Source: Roseobacter sp.
GTDB lineage: Bacteria > Pseudomonadota > Alphaproteobacteria > Rhodobacterales > Rhodobacteraceae
Assembly (NCBI GenBank): GCA_039983935.1
Contig: JBDWVP010000055.1
Location: forward strand, 5,048-69,047
DNA length: 64,000 nt
Direction: 5' to 3'
Shown: positions 10,101 to 18,652 of the stretch, piece after piece
Layout of the letters: each line of letters begins with the position of its first letter
Numbering within the stretch: position 1 is the first letter of the stretch
Position numbers and translations under genes: made by a program
Notes under the pieces: model-generated
Seen by the model: only the letters and a program-made list of their open reading frames with translations
Databases searched by the model: none
Told to the model about the DNA's origin: nothing

Positions 10101-11833
10101 TGCGCGGTGCTGGGCACGACCCTGCGCAATTCAAGGTCACGCTGATGTTGCACAGTTTCCTGGCACAGACCCGCGATCAGGCCCGCGAAATCGCCCGTGA
10201 ACCGATGAAGGACTACCTGCGATCTGCTGCCGGTCTCATCAAGCAATACGCCTGGGCCTTTCCTGCGTTCAAGAAACCCGAAGGCGTGGACAACGCCTAT
10301 CAACTGGATCTTGGAAGCCTCACGGAAGAAGAACTGGAAGGCATCTTGGACTTTGCCTTTGAACGGTATTTCAACGACAGCGGGCTCTTTGGCACCATAG
10401 AAGACGCAATGGCGCGGGTTGAAGGGGTCAAGGCCATCGGCGTGACCGAAATCGCCTGCCTGATTGATTATGGCATTCAGGTGGATACGATCCTCGAGGG
10501 GCTGCGCCCGCTGGCCGAGGTCGTACGTCTTGCCAATCAAGGGGCCGGACCGGCAGAGGACGATTATTCCATCGCGGCGCAAATCACCCGCCATGGTGTA
10601 ACCCACCTGCAATGCACCCCCTCTATGGCCCGGATGCTGGTCATGAGCGACGAAGCAGGTGCCGCGCTGAAATCAGTCAAACACCTGATGGTAGGGGGCG
10701 AAGCCCTGCCCGGCGCACTGGTGCAAGATTTGAACGCACTGACGGATGCGCATATCGAAAACATGTACGGGCCGACCGAAACCACAATATGGTCCACCAC
10801 CCAAACCGCACAGGCTGGTGTTGGCGTGGTCAGCATCGGCACGCCTATCGCAAATACACAAACCTATGTGCTGGATGAAAATCTGCAGCCCCTGCCCATT
10901 GGTGTGGCCGGTGAACTCTTCATCGGCGGTGACGGGGTGACCCGAGGGTATTGGGAACGCCCGGAATTGACCGACGAACGTTTTATCCACGATCCTTTCT
11001 CTGATCGAGACGGCGCGAAGCTGTACCGCACGGGCGATCTGACACGCTGGATGCCGGATGGCACAGTGGAATTTCTGGGCCGCGCTGATTTTCAGGTCAA
11101 ATTACGGGGCTATCGGATCGAGCTGGGCGAGATTGAGACGGCCATTGACGGTTTTGATGCTGTGCGCCAATCCGTAGTCGTCGCGCGCGAAGATCAACCT
11201 GGCGTGCAACAACTCGTGGCCTACTTGCTCACCGATGGGCCCGTGCAAGAAAGCGATTTGAAAACGGCGCTCACCGCACATTTGCCAACACATATGATCC
11301 CGGCGCGGTTTGTAACGCTTGACGCTTTCCCGCTGACGCCCAACAAAAAAGTAGATCGCAACGCGCTGCCTATACCACCTGCGCCGCGCCCCGCCGCGCC
11401 AGTTAAGGCCCCGACGACAACTGCACCGACGCTCCAAACAGGCGTTCCAGCAGCACAGAATGGTGCCGCACCTGCCGATGTAAGTGCACAAATTTCTGCC
11501 ATCTGGACACGCATTCTTGGGGTCACCGGCATCACTGCACAGGATAATTTCTTTGATCTGGGGGGGCATTCCCTACTTGCCGTGCAAGCGCATCGCGAAA
11601 TCAGGTCAGAACTCGGAGCCACGAAACTATCGATCATCGACATTTTCCGCCATCCAGTTCTGGCAGATTTGTCCGCCGCCGTCAGTGCGAAACTAGGCAC
11701 ATCTGCCCCAGCTCCAGCCACGCTGACTTCCCCCCCAGCGCCGCAAAATTCCCCCACCGCCAATACCCGGGCAGATGCCATGGCCCGCCGTCGTGAAATG
11801 CGGGCACGCCGTGGTCAACAGACCGCCAAATGA
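7160..11833 (+). CDS. Single-module NRPS: formyltransferase-like domain, unassigned region, adenylation domain interrupted by a luciferase-like monooxygenase domain, PCP
   Basis: Formyltransferase-like motifs 'VNFHDGPLPDYAGLNAP' and 'GVDEGDV' (~nt 7160-8060), followed by ~230 aa unassigned. Adenylation motifs 'LAYMIYTSGSTGRPKGV' (~nt 9197) and 'SFDIS'. A luciferase-like monooxygenase insert ('MEFSLYYWG...FCAVWTPERHF', ~nt 9464-10530) sits before 'NMYGPTETT' (~nt 10759), 'GELFIGGDGVTRGYW', 'YRTGDL', 'LRGYRIELGEIE' and 'PNKKVDR'. PCP 'FFDLGGHSLLAV' (~nt 11549). The stop overlaps the next start (ATGA). Confidence 0.9.
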   Translation: MSHFSSVIIGNESLAIQCGEILLEGGHAIVAVVTRNDDVKTWAVGRNLQVEPPGAGLADRLAGISFDWLLSIANLDIIPRAILEMPTRGAVNFHDGPLPDYAGLNAPIWAALAGENEHGISWHFIEGGVDEGDVIASARFSVSDSDTALTLNTKCYAAAIDSFAQVMSELASPSPARTPQDLSQRSYFARDDRPDGGARLDFQRPAADLARIVRALDHGDYWNPLSVPKFEAGGKLWLARAAHLATGASGAAPGAVCAADETILTVATGTGDLVITQITDCNGHPARPQDITRVGAILPCPQAADLTELTAALAPLAANDPKWRATLEGMKPADLPLINSSEGAPHPIARPIPLPNGMDLARARAAFALLAMRLSATGNANIALHIPASPGKVAPYIADWAPLIPQPEDSFTTLAATLESSMQDVRIRGPFAADLIARLAGADAPPLPQLGLSEDPEAGLIGPSALTFALSAGNATLLADQARVSDTTLDLYAARLSHLLAHLEASDEPAALDILPDAERQRVVSDWNATGKEYDPELCVHQAFEAQVARTPEAEALAVEGQSLTYAELNAAANRMAHRLTALGVSPDTIVGLHLPRSVELVVAALAILKAGGAYLPMDPAYPADRTALYIEDSHAAVIVTNAELAASIPQGNARILDIAEDLSALPEDNIDSGVAGHHLAYMIYTSGSTGRPKGVMVEHRNVANFFAGMDDRIDHTSGSVWLAVTSLSFDISVLELFWTLARGFKLVLSGDESRTLVSGEGGGSTGGMEFSLYYWGNDDGVGRDKYRSLLEGAKFADENGFCAVWTPERHFHAFGGPYPNPSVTGAAVAGFTKNIGVRAGSCVAPLHHTARIAEEWSVIDNLTNGRAGLAIASGWQPDDFVLRPENTPPENKPAMFRQIADLRKLWAGEPVEFPRKDGQMHAVITQPRPISAAPDLWVTTAGNPETWKEAGRNGCHVLTHLLGQSVSEVADKIKLYHEALRGAGHDPAQFKVTLMLHSFLAQTRDQAREIAREPMKDYLRSAAGLIKQYAWAFPAFKKPEGVDNAYQLDLGSLTEEELEGILDFAFERYFNDSGLFGTIEDAMARVEGVKAIGVTEIACLIDYGIQVDTILEGLRPLAEVVRLANQGAGPAEDDYSIAAQITRHGVTHLQCTPSMARMLVMSDEAGAALKSVKHLMVGGEALPGALVQDLNALTDAHIENMYGPTETTIWSTTQTAQAGVGVVSIGTPIANTQTYVLDENLQPLPIGVAGELFIGGDGVTRGYWERPELTDERFIHDPFSDRDGAKLYRTGDLTRWMPDGTVEFLGRADFQVKLRGYRIELGEIETAIDGFDAVRQSVVVAREDQPGVQQLVAYLLTDGPVQESDLKTALTAHLPTHMIPARFVTLDAFPLTPNKKVDRNALPIPPAPRPAAPVKAPTTTAPTLQTGVPAAQNGAAPADVSAQISAIWTRILGVTGITAQDNFFDLGGHSLLAVQAHREIRSELGATKLSIIDIFRHPVLADLSAAVSAKLGTSAPAPATLTSPPAPQNSPTANTRADAMARRREMRARRGQQTAK

Positions 11834-12555
11834 GTGACCCGTTGGTGCTGGAAAAGATTTTGCGCCAATCACTGAGGAAGTCACTGGGGACCCATGTCGG
11901 GGTGGGCGTAACAGATCCACAACACCCCGCCCCACCGCTCTGGCCCGCGGAGGAGCCAGCAACAATACGAATGATCGATAAGCGCCGCCGCGAATTTGCG
12001 GCGGGACGCGCGGCTGCGCGCGCTGCCATGGCAGATCTGGGCCTGTCGCCCGCCGCCATTCCCATGAACCCGGATCGCGCGCCGCGTTGGCCAGACGGGC
12101 TGTGTGGTTCGCTCTCTCATTGTGCCACAGCAGCCGTTGCAATCGTTGCGCGTTGTGAAGACACGCCCAGTCTGGGTATCGACATCGAAGAAGATACCGA
12201 CCTGCCCCCTGATTTATGGCCCGACATCCTGACAGCCCGCGAACACGATTGGCTGATGGCACAGGTACCATCATCCAGAGGGCACCACGCCAAGTCGATC
12301 TTTACCGCCAAAGAAGCGGTTCACAAACTGCATTACCCATTAAGCGGACAGGTATTGGGATTTGACGACGTCACAATCACACTCGCCCCTCATAGTTTCT
12401 GGACGCAGCTGCCAATTGGCGTGCCCGGTTTACCCGAGATGATCTATGGGCACATCTTTCGAGCAGAAAACCTGCTCATAACGGCCATCACAGGCACACA
12501 AAAACCCGCGCAACAAGCCGGTACAATGCGCGAATATAAGGCTTCTCTTACATAA
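11830..12555 (+). CDS. 4'-phosphopantetheinyl transferase (Sfp/EntD type)
   Basis: 'SLSHC', 'LGIDIEE' and 'FTAKEAVHKL' match the PPTase core motifs. It is translationally coupled to the NRPS. Confidence 0.8.
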   Translation: MSDPLVLEKILRQSLRKSLGTHVGVGVTDPQHPAPPLWPAEEPATIRMIDKRRREFAAGRAAARAAMADLGLSPAAIPMNPDRAPRWPDGLCGSLSHCATAAVAIVARCEDTPSLGIDIEEDTDLPPDLWPDILTAREHDWLMAQVPSSRGHHAKSIFTAKEAVHKLHYPLSGQVLGFDDVTITLAPHSFWTQLPIGVPGLPEMIYGHIFRAENLLITAITGTQKPAQQAGTMREYKASLT

Positions 12556-12723
12556 AATCGTCTTCCACCTATGTTCAATTACACCACAGGGGTGGCAGGT
12601 GACGGCTGAAAAAAGAGTTGCAGAAAAGATCATTCACAGAGACGGTAAGGCAATGGAAAAGAGCCCTTATGGAATCGCAGACACTCAAACTTTTTCTACA
12701 TTTACCGGACCTGCTTTAGGATC

Positions 12724-13671
12724 ATGACATTCTGTCGTCTCAAACGAAAATCCGTTGCTATCCTTCTGCTCTTGGTGTCGGCATGTGGCATGACTACACG
12801 CTGCGGCGGCCCCCCCGAACCGCTCGATAAAGCCGCCTTTAACGCTCTTTACACGACACCTCTTGCACCACCAGACAAGGGGCTCAACACGTATCATCTC
12901 GGGCACAGCCTTGTTGGACACACCATCCCTGTGATGCTGCAACAGCTTGCCGGTGAAGACCACAGGTTTTCAAGCCAGCTCGGCTCAGGAACCAATCTGC
13001 GGGCCCACTGGGAACCAGATATCGCGATCAAACACTTCGAGGAGACAAATAGGCATCCTCAATATCGTGACCCTCATGAGGCGCTCGCCTCCGGAACTTA
13101 TGATGCGCTGATCGTGACCGAGACCGTCGAAATTCGGGACAGCATCAAATATCACGATTCACAGGGGTATTTGCGTAAATGGGCCAGCAAAACCTGGTCA
13201 AACAACCCTGAAACACGGGTCTACCTTTATGAAACCTGGCATAAACTTGATGACGAGGAAGGTTGGCTGGCACGGCTCGATCGCGATTTGGATCAGTACT
13301 GGGAAGGTGAAATTCTGCGCCGCACCCTCGCACATGATGACATAAACCAGACCATTTATGTCATCCCAGGTGGTCAGGTGATGGCCGCCTTTGCTCGCAA
13401 AATAGATGCCGCAGGCGGTATCGGAACGCTCTCAAGCCACAAGGATCTTTTTTCGGATCACATTCATTTCAACGACTTTGGAGCTTATCTGATGGCGTTG
13501 ACACACTATGCTGTCCTCTATAGTCGCTCTCCTGTGGGGCTCCCATATGCCCTGTTGCAACCTGATGGCAGCCCTGCAGAAAACCCTGGACCAGTGCTTG
13601 CGCGAGCGATGCAGGAAACAGTTTGGGACGTTGTGACTAACTATTCACCAAGCGGTGTATCAGGCGATTGA
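12724..13671 (+). CDS. Predicted lipoprotein of unknown function (weak SGNH/GDSL-like signatures)
   Basis: Signal peptide with lipobox 'LLLVSAC'. 'HLGHSL' near the N-terminus and 'SDHIHFN' near the C-terminus resemble SGNH blocks I and V. I recognised no firm family. Confidence 0.5.
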   Translation: MTFCRLKRKSVAILLLLVSACGMTTRCGGPPEPLDKAAFNALYTTPLAPPDKGLNTYHLGHSLVGHTIPVMLQQLAGEDHRFSSQLGSGTNLRAHWEPDIAIKHFEETNRHPQYRDPHEALASGTYDALIVTETVEIRDSIKYHDSQGYLRKWASKTWSNNPETRVYLYETWHKLDDEEGWLARLDRDLDQYWEGEILRRTLAHDDINQTIYVIPGGQVMAAFARKIDAAGGIGTLSSHKDLFSDHIHFNDFGAYLMALTHYAVLYSRSPVGLPYALLQPDGSPAENPGPVLARAMQETVWDVVTNYSPSGVSGD

Positions 13672-15020
13672 GCGGCAAGCTCAGCGCGGCCTTCAACAGA
13701 GATTTCAATCACCCGTTCGAAGGCGTCACCGCTGTACCAGAAAACAAATGCAGCACATAGCACCGCAAGTACGGCAAAAGTAATGTCATGCAAAGGGTCC
13801 GCCCCCCGGTAAGGGCGGATCAACCAGACCAGAAACGGATAGATCAGAAGCGCTGCGAGCGGTTGCGCGCCCATAGCACCTATCAGACCGAATTTCATCA
13901 TGCCGACAGCTAACAATGTAATCTGCAAGGTCGCGCGGCAGATCTGAAAGTACATATATACATTAGATTTCCCAACAGCCAGCAACAGGTTGGGATAGGA
14001 TTGAATAATCAAGCTGGGCATCAGGAAGACGGCCAAAAGTACAAGAATAGGGCCCGAGTCCCGGTACTCCTCCGTATAAAGGAAATCGATCAACCACTGC
14101 CCCATGAGCGCCAACACAAAAAGCAGCACAAACATTCCCCCCGTCAGCGCAAAGCGCGTTTTGGAAATCGCACGTCTGTTGGGAGCAGACTGAGCCGGGG
14201 GCCGGGCACTGTAAAGTGGAAAGATCACCCGGTTCATGAGCTGCCCCATGAGCGTCATCGGAACAGAAGCGAAAAAGAACGCAATATTGTAAAAACCCAA
14301 GTAAGCAAGACTGATAAATTTCGAAAGCAGAAGCCGATCGCCATTCTCGATGACAAAGGTCAGCCCAGAACTGACAAAGAGGTATTTTCCAAAATGAAAC
14401 TGTTCATGAACCGCCGCGCGTTCAAACTGCAATCTGTTAGGATGGCCCGGTAAGATTAGGTGGGACAAGACCGTCTTGGACAGGTTCGCCACGATCATCC
14501 CGATCATCAACGCCCAAACCGACTCCCATATCAGCGCCAGAACAATCATCGTAATAATCATCAGCACCTGAGACCCCATATCCATGAGCGTCAGGCGTCC
14601 CATGAGGATCTTCTTATTCGCCGTCGCGATACGGGTTGAACGTAAACCCATCAGAAATACCGAAAATCCGATCCCATACATCAGTTCATGCAGGATTGGC
14701 TCCCCGTAGAACTGCGCAACAGGCCCGGCCACGATACAACAAATCACCGCCAAAAGCGTGTGGCGGATAATCTGCAACGTCCAGGCTGTGTTGAGAAATA
14801 CCGGTTCATCGCCCCGTTTTGACCGCACGATGCAGGTTGCTAAACCGATATCCGAAACCATCTGGATGCCCGTCATAAGCACGGTGACGATCGTCATTAA
14901 ACCGAAGGCCTCAGGGAACAAAAGGCGTGTAAGAATGAGGTTTGACCCAAGCCGCATAAGCTGGCTGAGACCAAAACCCACAAAAGTCAGGGCCGAGCCA
15001 CGGATAACCCGTGCGCCCAT
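13641..15020 (-). CDS. Polysaccharide flippase (Wzx / PST-family, multi-TM)
   Basis: 'MGARVIRGSALTFVGFGLSQLMRLGSNLILTRLLFPEAFGL' is a typical Polysacc_synt N-terminus, and the whole protein is hydrophobic. ATG at 15020 is preferred; the ORF track starts at a GTG at 15059. Confidence 0.75.
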   Translation of the reverse strand: MGARVIRGSALTFVGFGLSQLMRLGSNLILTRLLFPEAFGLMTIVTVLMTGIQMVSDIGLATCIVRSKRGDEPVFLNTAWTLQIIRHTLLAVICCIVAGPVAQFYGEPILHELMYGIGFSVFLMGLRSTRIATANKKILMGRLTLMDMGSQVLMIITMIVLALIWESVWALMIGMIVANLSKTVLSHLILPGHPNRLQFERAAVHEQFHFGKYLFVSSGLTFVIENGDRLLLSKFISLAYLGFYNIAFFFASVPMTLMGQLMNRVIFPLYSARPPAQSAPNRRAISKTRFALTGGMFVLLFVLALMGQWLIDFLYTEEYRDSGPILVLLAVFLMPSLIIQSYPNLLLAVGKSNVYMYFQICRATLQITLLAVGMMKFGLIGAMGAQPLAALLIYPFLVWLIRPYRGADPLHDITFAVLAVLCAAFVFWYSGDAFERVIEISVEGRAELAAQSPDTPLGE

Positions 15021-15086
15021 TCCGTCGCCCGAAAGTTTCGCTTGAATAGCGCTCAGCACAGCGCGCGCCTGGTTCGAAGGTACATT

Positions 15087-16262
15087 TTAATCCGCCCCGA
15101 AAAGATCGCGGGTGAAGACTTTCTCCACGACGTCCTCAAGATCTGGTGTGTGGCGGTTGGCAACGATCACTTCCGCATTGGCTTTCAGGTCCTCAAGATC
15201 ATGCGTGACCCGGCTGCCGAAAAAGTCCGGCGCGTCTAATTCCGGCTCATAAACCAGCACCTCAATCCCCTTGGCCTTTAGCCGCTTCATAATACCTTGT
15301 ACCGAAGACTGGCGGAAATTGTCCGAACCCGCCTTCATCACCAACCGATAAATTCCGACCACACGCGGGTTCTTTGCCCAGATTTGATCTGCGATGAAAT
15401 CTTTGCGCGTGCGATTGGCGTCTACAATGGCCTGCATCAGGTTTTGCGGCACCGCCTGATAGTTGGACAAAAGCTGTTTGGTATCTTTGGGCAGACAATA
15501 TCCCCCATAGCCAAAGGATGGATTGTTATAGTGATCCCCGATCCGTGGGTCCAAACCAATGCCATTGATAATGTTGCGACTGTCCATGCCGTTTACCAGC
15601 GCATAGCTGTCGAGCTCATTAAAGAACGCCACGCGCATGGCCAGATAGGTATTGGCAAATAGCTTGATCGCTTCGGCCTCGGCGGAAGAGGTGAACAGCG
15701 TATCAATATCCTGCTTGACCGCGGCCTCTTGCAAAAGCCCTGCAAAGACACGGGCGCGGTCGCTGTCTTCGCCAATGATGATACGCGAGGGATGCAGGTT
15801 GTCATAAAGCGCGCGCCCTTCGCGCAGAAACTCTGGGCTAAAGATCACCTGATCCGTTTTTAATTCCGCGCGGATTTTATCCGTAAACCCAACTGGGATC
15901 GTCGATTTGATGACAATCGTGGCCTTTGGGTTGACCGCAATCACCTGAGAAATCACCGCTTCGACAGAAGCCGTATTAAAGAAATGCGTCTGTGCATCGT
16001 AATCGGTCGGCGTCGCCACAATCACAAAGTCAGCATCGCGATATGCCTCTTGTGGGGAAGTGGTTGCGGTGAGATTGGGCAAAACATCCGTAAGGATGGA
16101 TTCTACATCAGGATCAATGATCGGGCTTTGACCTGCATTGAGCAGGGCGACACGTTCAGCATCGATATCAACAGCCGTCACCTTGTTCTTCTGCGCCAGC
16201 AGCACAGCCATGGACAAGCCGACATAGCCAATGCCTGCCACCGCAATCGTTACTTCGGTCAT
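15087..16262 (-). CDS. ugd: UDP-glucose 6-dehydrogenase
   Basis: '[18 protein letters not shown]' Rossmann motif and catalytic '[12 protein letters not shown]'. The internal ATG at 16262 is chosen because the longer ORF (to 16322) would overlap manC. Confidence 0.9.
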   Translation of the reverse strand: MTEVTIAVAGIGYVGLSMAVLLAQKNKVTAVDIDAERVALLNAGQSPIIDPDVESILTDVLPNLTATTSPQEAYRDADFVIVATPTDYDAQTHFFNTASVEAVISQVIAVNPKATIVIKSTIPVGFTDKIRAELKTDQVIFSPEFLREGRALYDNLHPSRIIIGEDSDRARVFAGLLQEAAVKQDIDTLFTSSAEAEAIKLFANTYLAMRVAFFNELDSYALVNGMDSRNIINGIGLDPRIGDHYNNPSFGYGGYCLPKDTKQLLSNYQAVPQNLMQAIVDANRTRKDFIADQIWAKNPRVVGIYRLVMKAGSDNFRQSSVQGIMKRLKAKGIEVLVYEPELDAPDFFGSRVTHDLEDLKANAEVIVANRHTPDLEDVVEKVFTRDLFGAD

Positions 16263-16275
16263 GGAAGTTTTACCT

Positions 16276-17703
16276 TTAGTTGCGCGCGTAGACGTCTTCG
16301 TAGCGAATGATGTCATCCTCACCCAGATACGATCCTGTCTGCACCTCGATTAATACCATGTCTACTTTGCCCGGATTTTCCATCCGATGAACAGCCCCCA
16401 GAGGGATATAAACCGACTGATTTTCACTCACCAGCGTGACATCTTCATCTACTGTTACCTTTGCCGTTCCCTGCACCACGATCCAGTGTTCAGAGCGGTG
16501 ATGGTGGCTTTGAAGGCTGAGAGAAGCGCCAGGGTGCACCACAATGCGTTTTACCTGAAAGCGGTTGCCGATCACGAGACTTTCAAACCAGCCCCAAGGA
16601 CGGTGATCAATAGGGAACGCAGTGGCTTGTTTGGCGCCCTTTTCCTTGAGCGCGGCCACAGCTTCCTTGACCCGTTGTGTATCGGATTTATGTGCCACCA
16701 AAACCGCATCCGGCATGGCCACAGCGATCATATCTTCCAAACCAATGCCGACCAGCTCCAGCCCCTTGGCCTCGCTGCGTAACAATGTGTTGCGACAATC
16801 AATGGCAGTCGCCTCATCAGAAGTTACATTCCCCGCATCATCCGGGCCGCTTTCAAGCCATACAGCTTCCCAGCCCCCCAGATCAGACCAATCCCCGGTA
16901 TAGGGCATAACCGCAAGGTTATCCGCCTTTTCCATGATCGCGTAATCAATTGAAATATCGGCCAATTCAGACCACGGTTCAGCAGCCAGACGGGTAAAAC
17001 CCAAATCCAAGGATGCCCCTGTCACCGCGGCGCGCGCGCCCGCCATCAGTTCAGGAGTGTGATTGGCATAGGCCTCAAGAATGGCGCGGACAGAGAACAG
17101 AAAAATACCAGCGTTCCACAGGAAATTCCCCGCTGCGAGCATTTCAGCCGCACGGGTCGCATCTGGTTTTTCGACAAAGCGCGCCAAAGGCTGTGGTGCC
17201 GTGGCGCTTGCATCCGCATCTGGCGCCAGTTCCAGATACCCATAGCCGGATTCAGGTCGGGTCGGGGCAATGCCAAAAGTGACCAGCGCGCCAGCCTGTG
17301 CACGGGGCAGCGCAGCCTCAATCGCAGTCCGGAATGCTTCCTCGTCCGGGATCACATGGTCTGACGGGGCAACCAACATGACGGCCTCGGGATCGTTTTC
17401 AGCCAGCCAGAGGGCTGCCGCCAGTACCGCAGGGGCCGTGTTGCGCCCTTCGGGTTCGATCAGAATAGTTTGTGCTTGTTTTTCGATCCCGGCAAGTTGC
17501 TCGGACACGATAAAGCGAAAATCTTCCCCTGTGACGATCAAAGGGGCTGCAAAGTTTTCACCCGATAGCCGCTGAACCGAGCCTTGAAAGAGGCTCATAT
17601 CCCCGATCAGAGGGGAGAATTGCTTGGGGTAAGATTTCCGCGACAAAGGCCAAAGCCGGGTCCCAGATCCGCCACACAAAAGCACCGGATGCAATACTGC
17701 CAT
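16276..17703 (-). CDS. manC: Bifunctional mannose-1-phosphate guanylyltransferase / mannose-6-phosphate isomerase (type II PMI-GMP)
   Basis: '[23 protein letters not shown]' N-terminus, and a C-terminal cupin '[21 protein letters not shown]'. Confidence 0.9.
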   Translation of the reverse strand: MAVLHPVLLCGGSGTRLWPLSRKSYPKQFSPLIGDMSLFQGSVQRLSGENFAAPLIVTGEDFRFIVSEQLAGIEKQAQTILIEPEGRNTAPAVLAAALWLAENDPEAVMLVAPSDHVIPDEEAFRTAIEAALPRAQAGALVTFGIAPTRPESGYGYLELAPDADASATAPQPLARFVEKPDATRAAEMLAAGNFLWNAGIFLFSVRAILEAYANHTPELMAGARAAVTGASLDLGFTRLAAEPWSELADISIDYAIMEKADNLAVMPYTGDWSDLGGWEAVWLESGPDDAGNVTSDEATAIDCRNTLLRSEAKGLELVGIGLEDMIAVAMPDAVLVAHKSDTQRVKEAVAALKEKGAKQATAFPIDHRPWGWFESLVIGNRFQVKRIVVHPGASLSLQSHHHRSEHWIVVQGTAKVTVDEDVTLVSENQSVYIPLGAVHRMENPGKVDMVLIEVQTGSYLGEDDIIRYEDVYARN

Positions 17704-17806
17704 TAAAAATCACCTCTCTTTAATTGACGCATCCTTGCAGACAGCGCCACCCGGATATTCTCACGTTTATTGCACCCAAAATAAGGGAGCAAGGCGGGAG
17801 TATCAC

Positions 17807-18613
17807 TCATACATCATCCCGTGGCATGCCGCGAGGATGGCACCCGTTCACCACAACACCAAGCACATTGGTACTTTCCGCAACTTCGCGTTCGCAGACA
17901 TCAAAATGGCCAAAGCCAGTCCGATCCGCCATTGCAACAATCAGCGCGCAATCCGTATGTTTAAGGAAAGCCCGTGCCCGGTCTCCACCGAGGATAGACG
18001 GTAAATCGAAGATCATAACATCTGGCGCATAGAGATCCTGCGCCCAATCCAGAAACGTCGGCATCGTGTCCGACAGAATGAGCCGCGTTGGATCTGCTTC
18101 CGGCGTTGGGGACACAACGACAGCAACATTTTCGCTGACCCTCAGAGCGTGATCTTCGAAAGGCACCTTGCCGGACAAGACTTCTGAAAAGTTATTCGGA
18201 CTCTCAATGCCAAAATATGTGTGAATGGAAGGATCGCCCAAATCAAAATCAAAAAGCATCGTGCGCAGATTACTTTGACGGCCAAGCCCCAAAGCGAGAT
18301 TACAAGCCATCGTGCTCTTGCCGCTGCCAGAGCCAGGAGAGGTGATTGCCAGACGGTTCCATCCGTTTTCTTGCATCAGCATAAGCGTTTTGGTTCGCAA
18401 CACATCGAAACTATTCGACGCCTGAATGGCCTCTTGAGACACAATCCGGTTCTTACGCAACACGTCAGTTGAAAGGTCAATCCGCTTCAGCGCTTCCCAA
18501 GTTGAGGGGGGAATTTCCGGCTCGACACTCTGCTGGCGAGGCGCCGGCGCAGGATCTGACAAGCCGGCACGTTGATCACGGGCTTTGGCAAGGGCTGCCT
18601 GAAGTTTTTCCAT
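17807..18613 (-). CDS. P-loop ATPase of the polysaccharide co-polymerase / BY-kinase catalytic-domain family (no C-terminal Tyr cluster)
   Basis: Walker A 'SPGSGSGKST', Walker A' 'MLFDFDL', Walker B 'VMIFDLPS'. The last ~50 aa contain no tyrosine. Confidence 0.7.
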   Translation of the reverse strand: MEKLQAALAKARDQRAGLSDPAPAPRQQSVEPEIPPSTWEALKRIDLSTDVLRKNRIVSQEAIQASNSFDVLRTKTLMLMQENGWNRLAITSPGSGSGKSTMACNLALGLGRQSNLRTMLFDFDLGDPSIHTYFGIESPNNFSEVLSGKVPFEDHALRVSENVAVVVSPTPEADPTRLILSDTMPTFLDWAQDLYAPDVMIFDLPSILGGDRARAFLKHTDCALIVAMADRTGFGHFDVCEREVAESTNVLGVVVNGCHPRGMPRDDV

Positions 18614-18652
18614 ATCAAATCAATCCTTACTATGCGCTAAAGAAGCAGCGCA

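Noticed and set aside
15087-16322. The extended 411-aa version of Ugd
   Set aside because: The extra 20 aa overlap the manC 3' end and precede the Rossmann motif unnaturally. The internal ATG at 16262 gives a canonical N-terminus.
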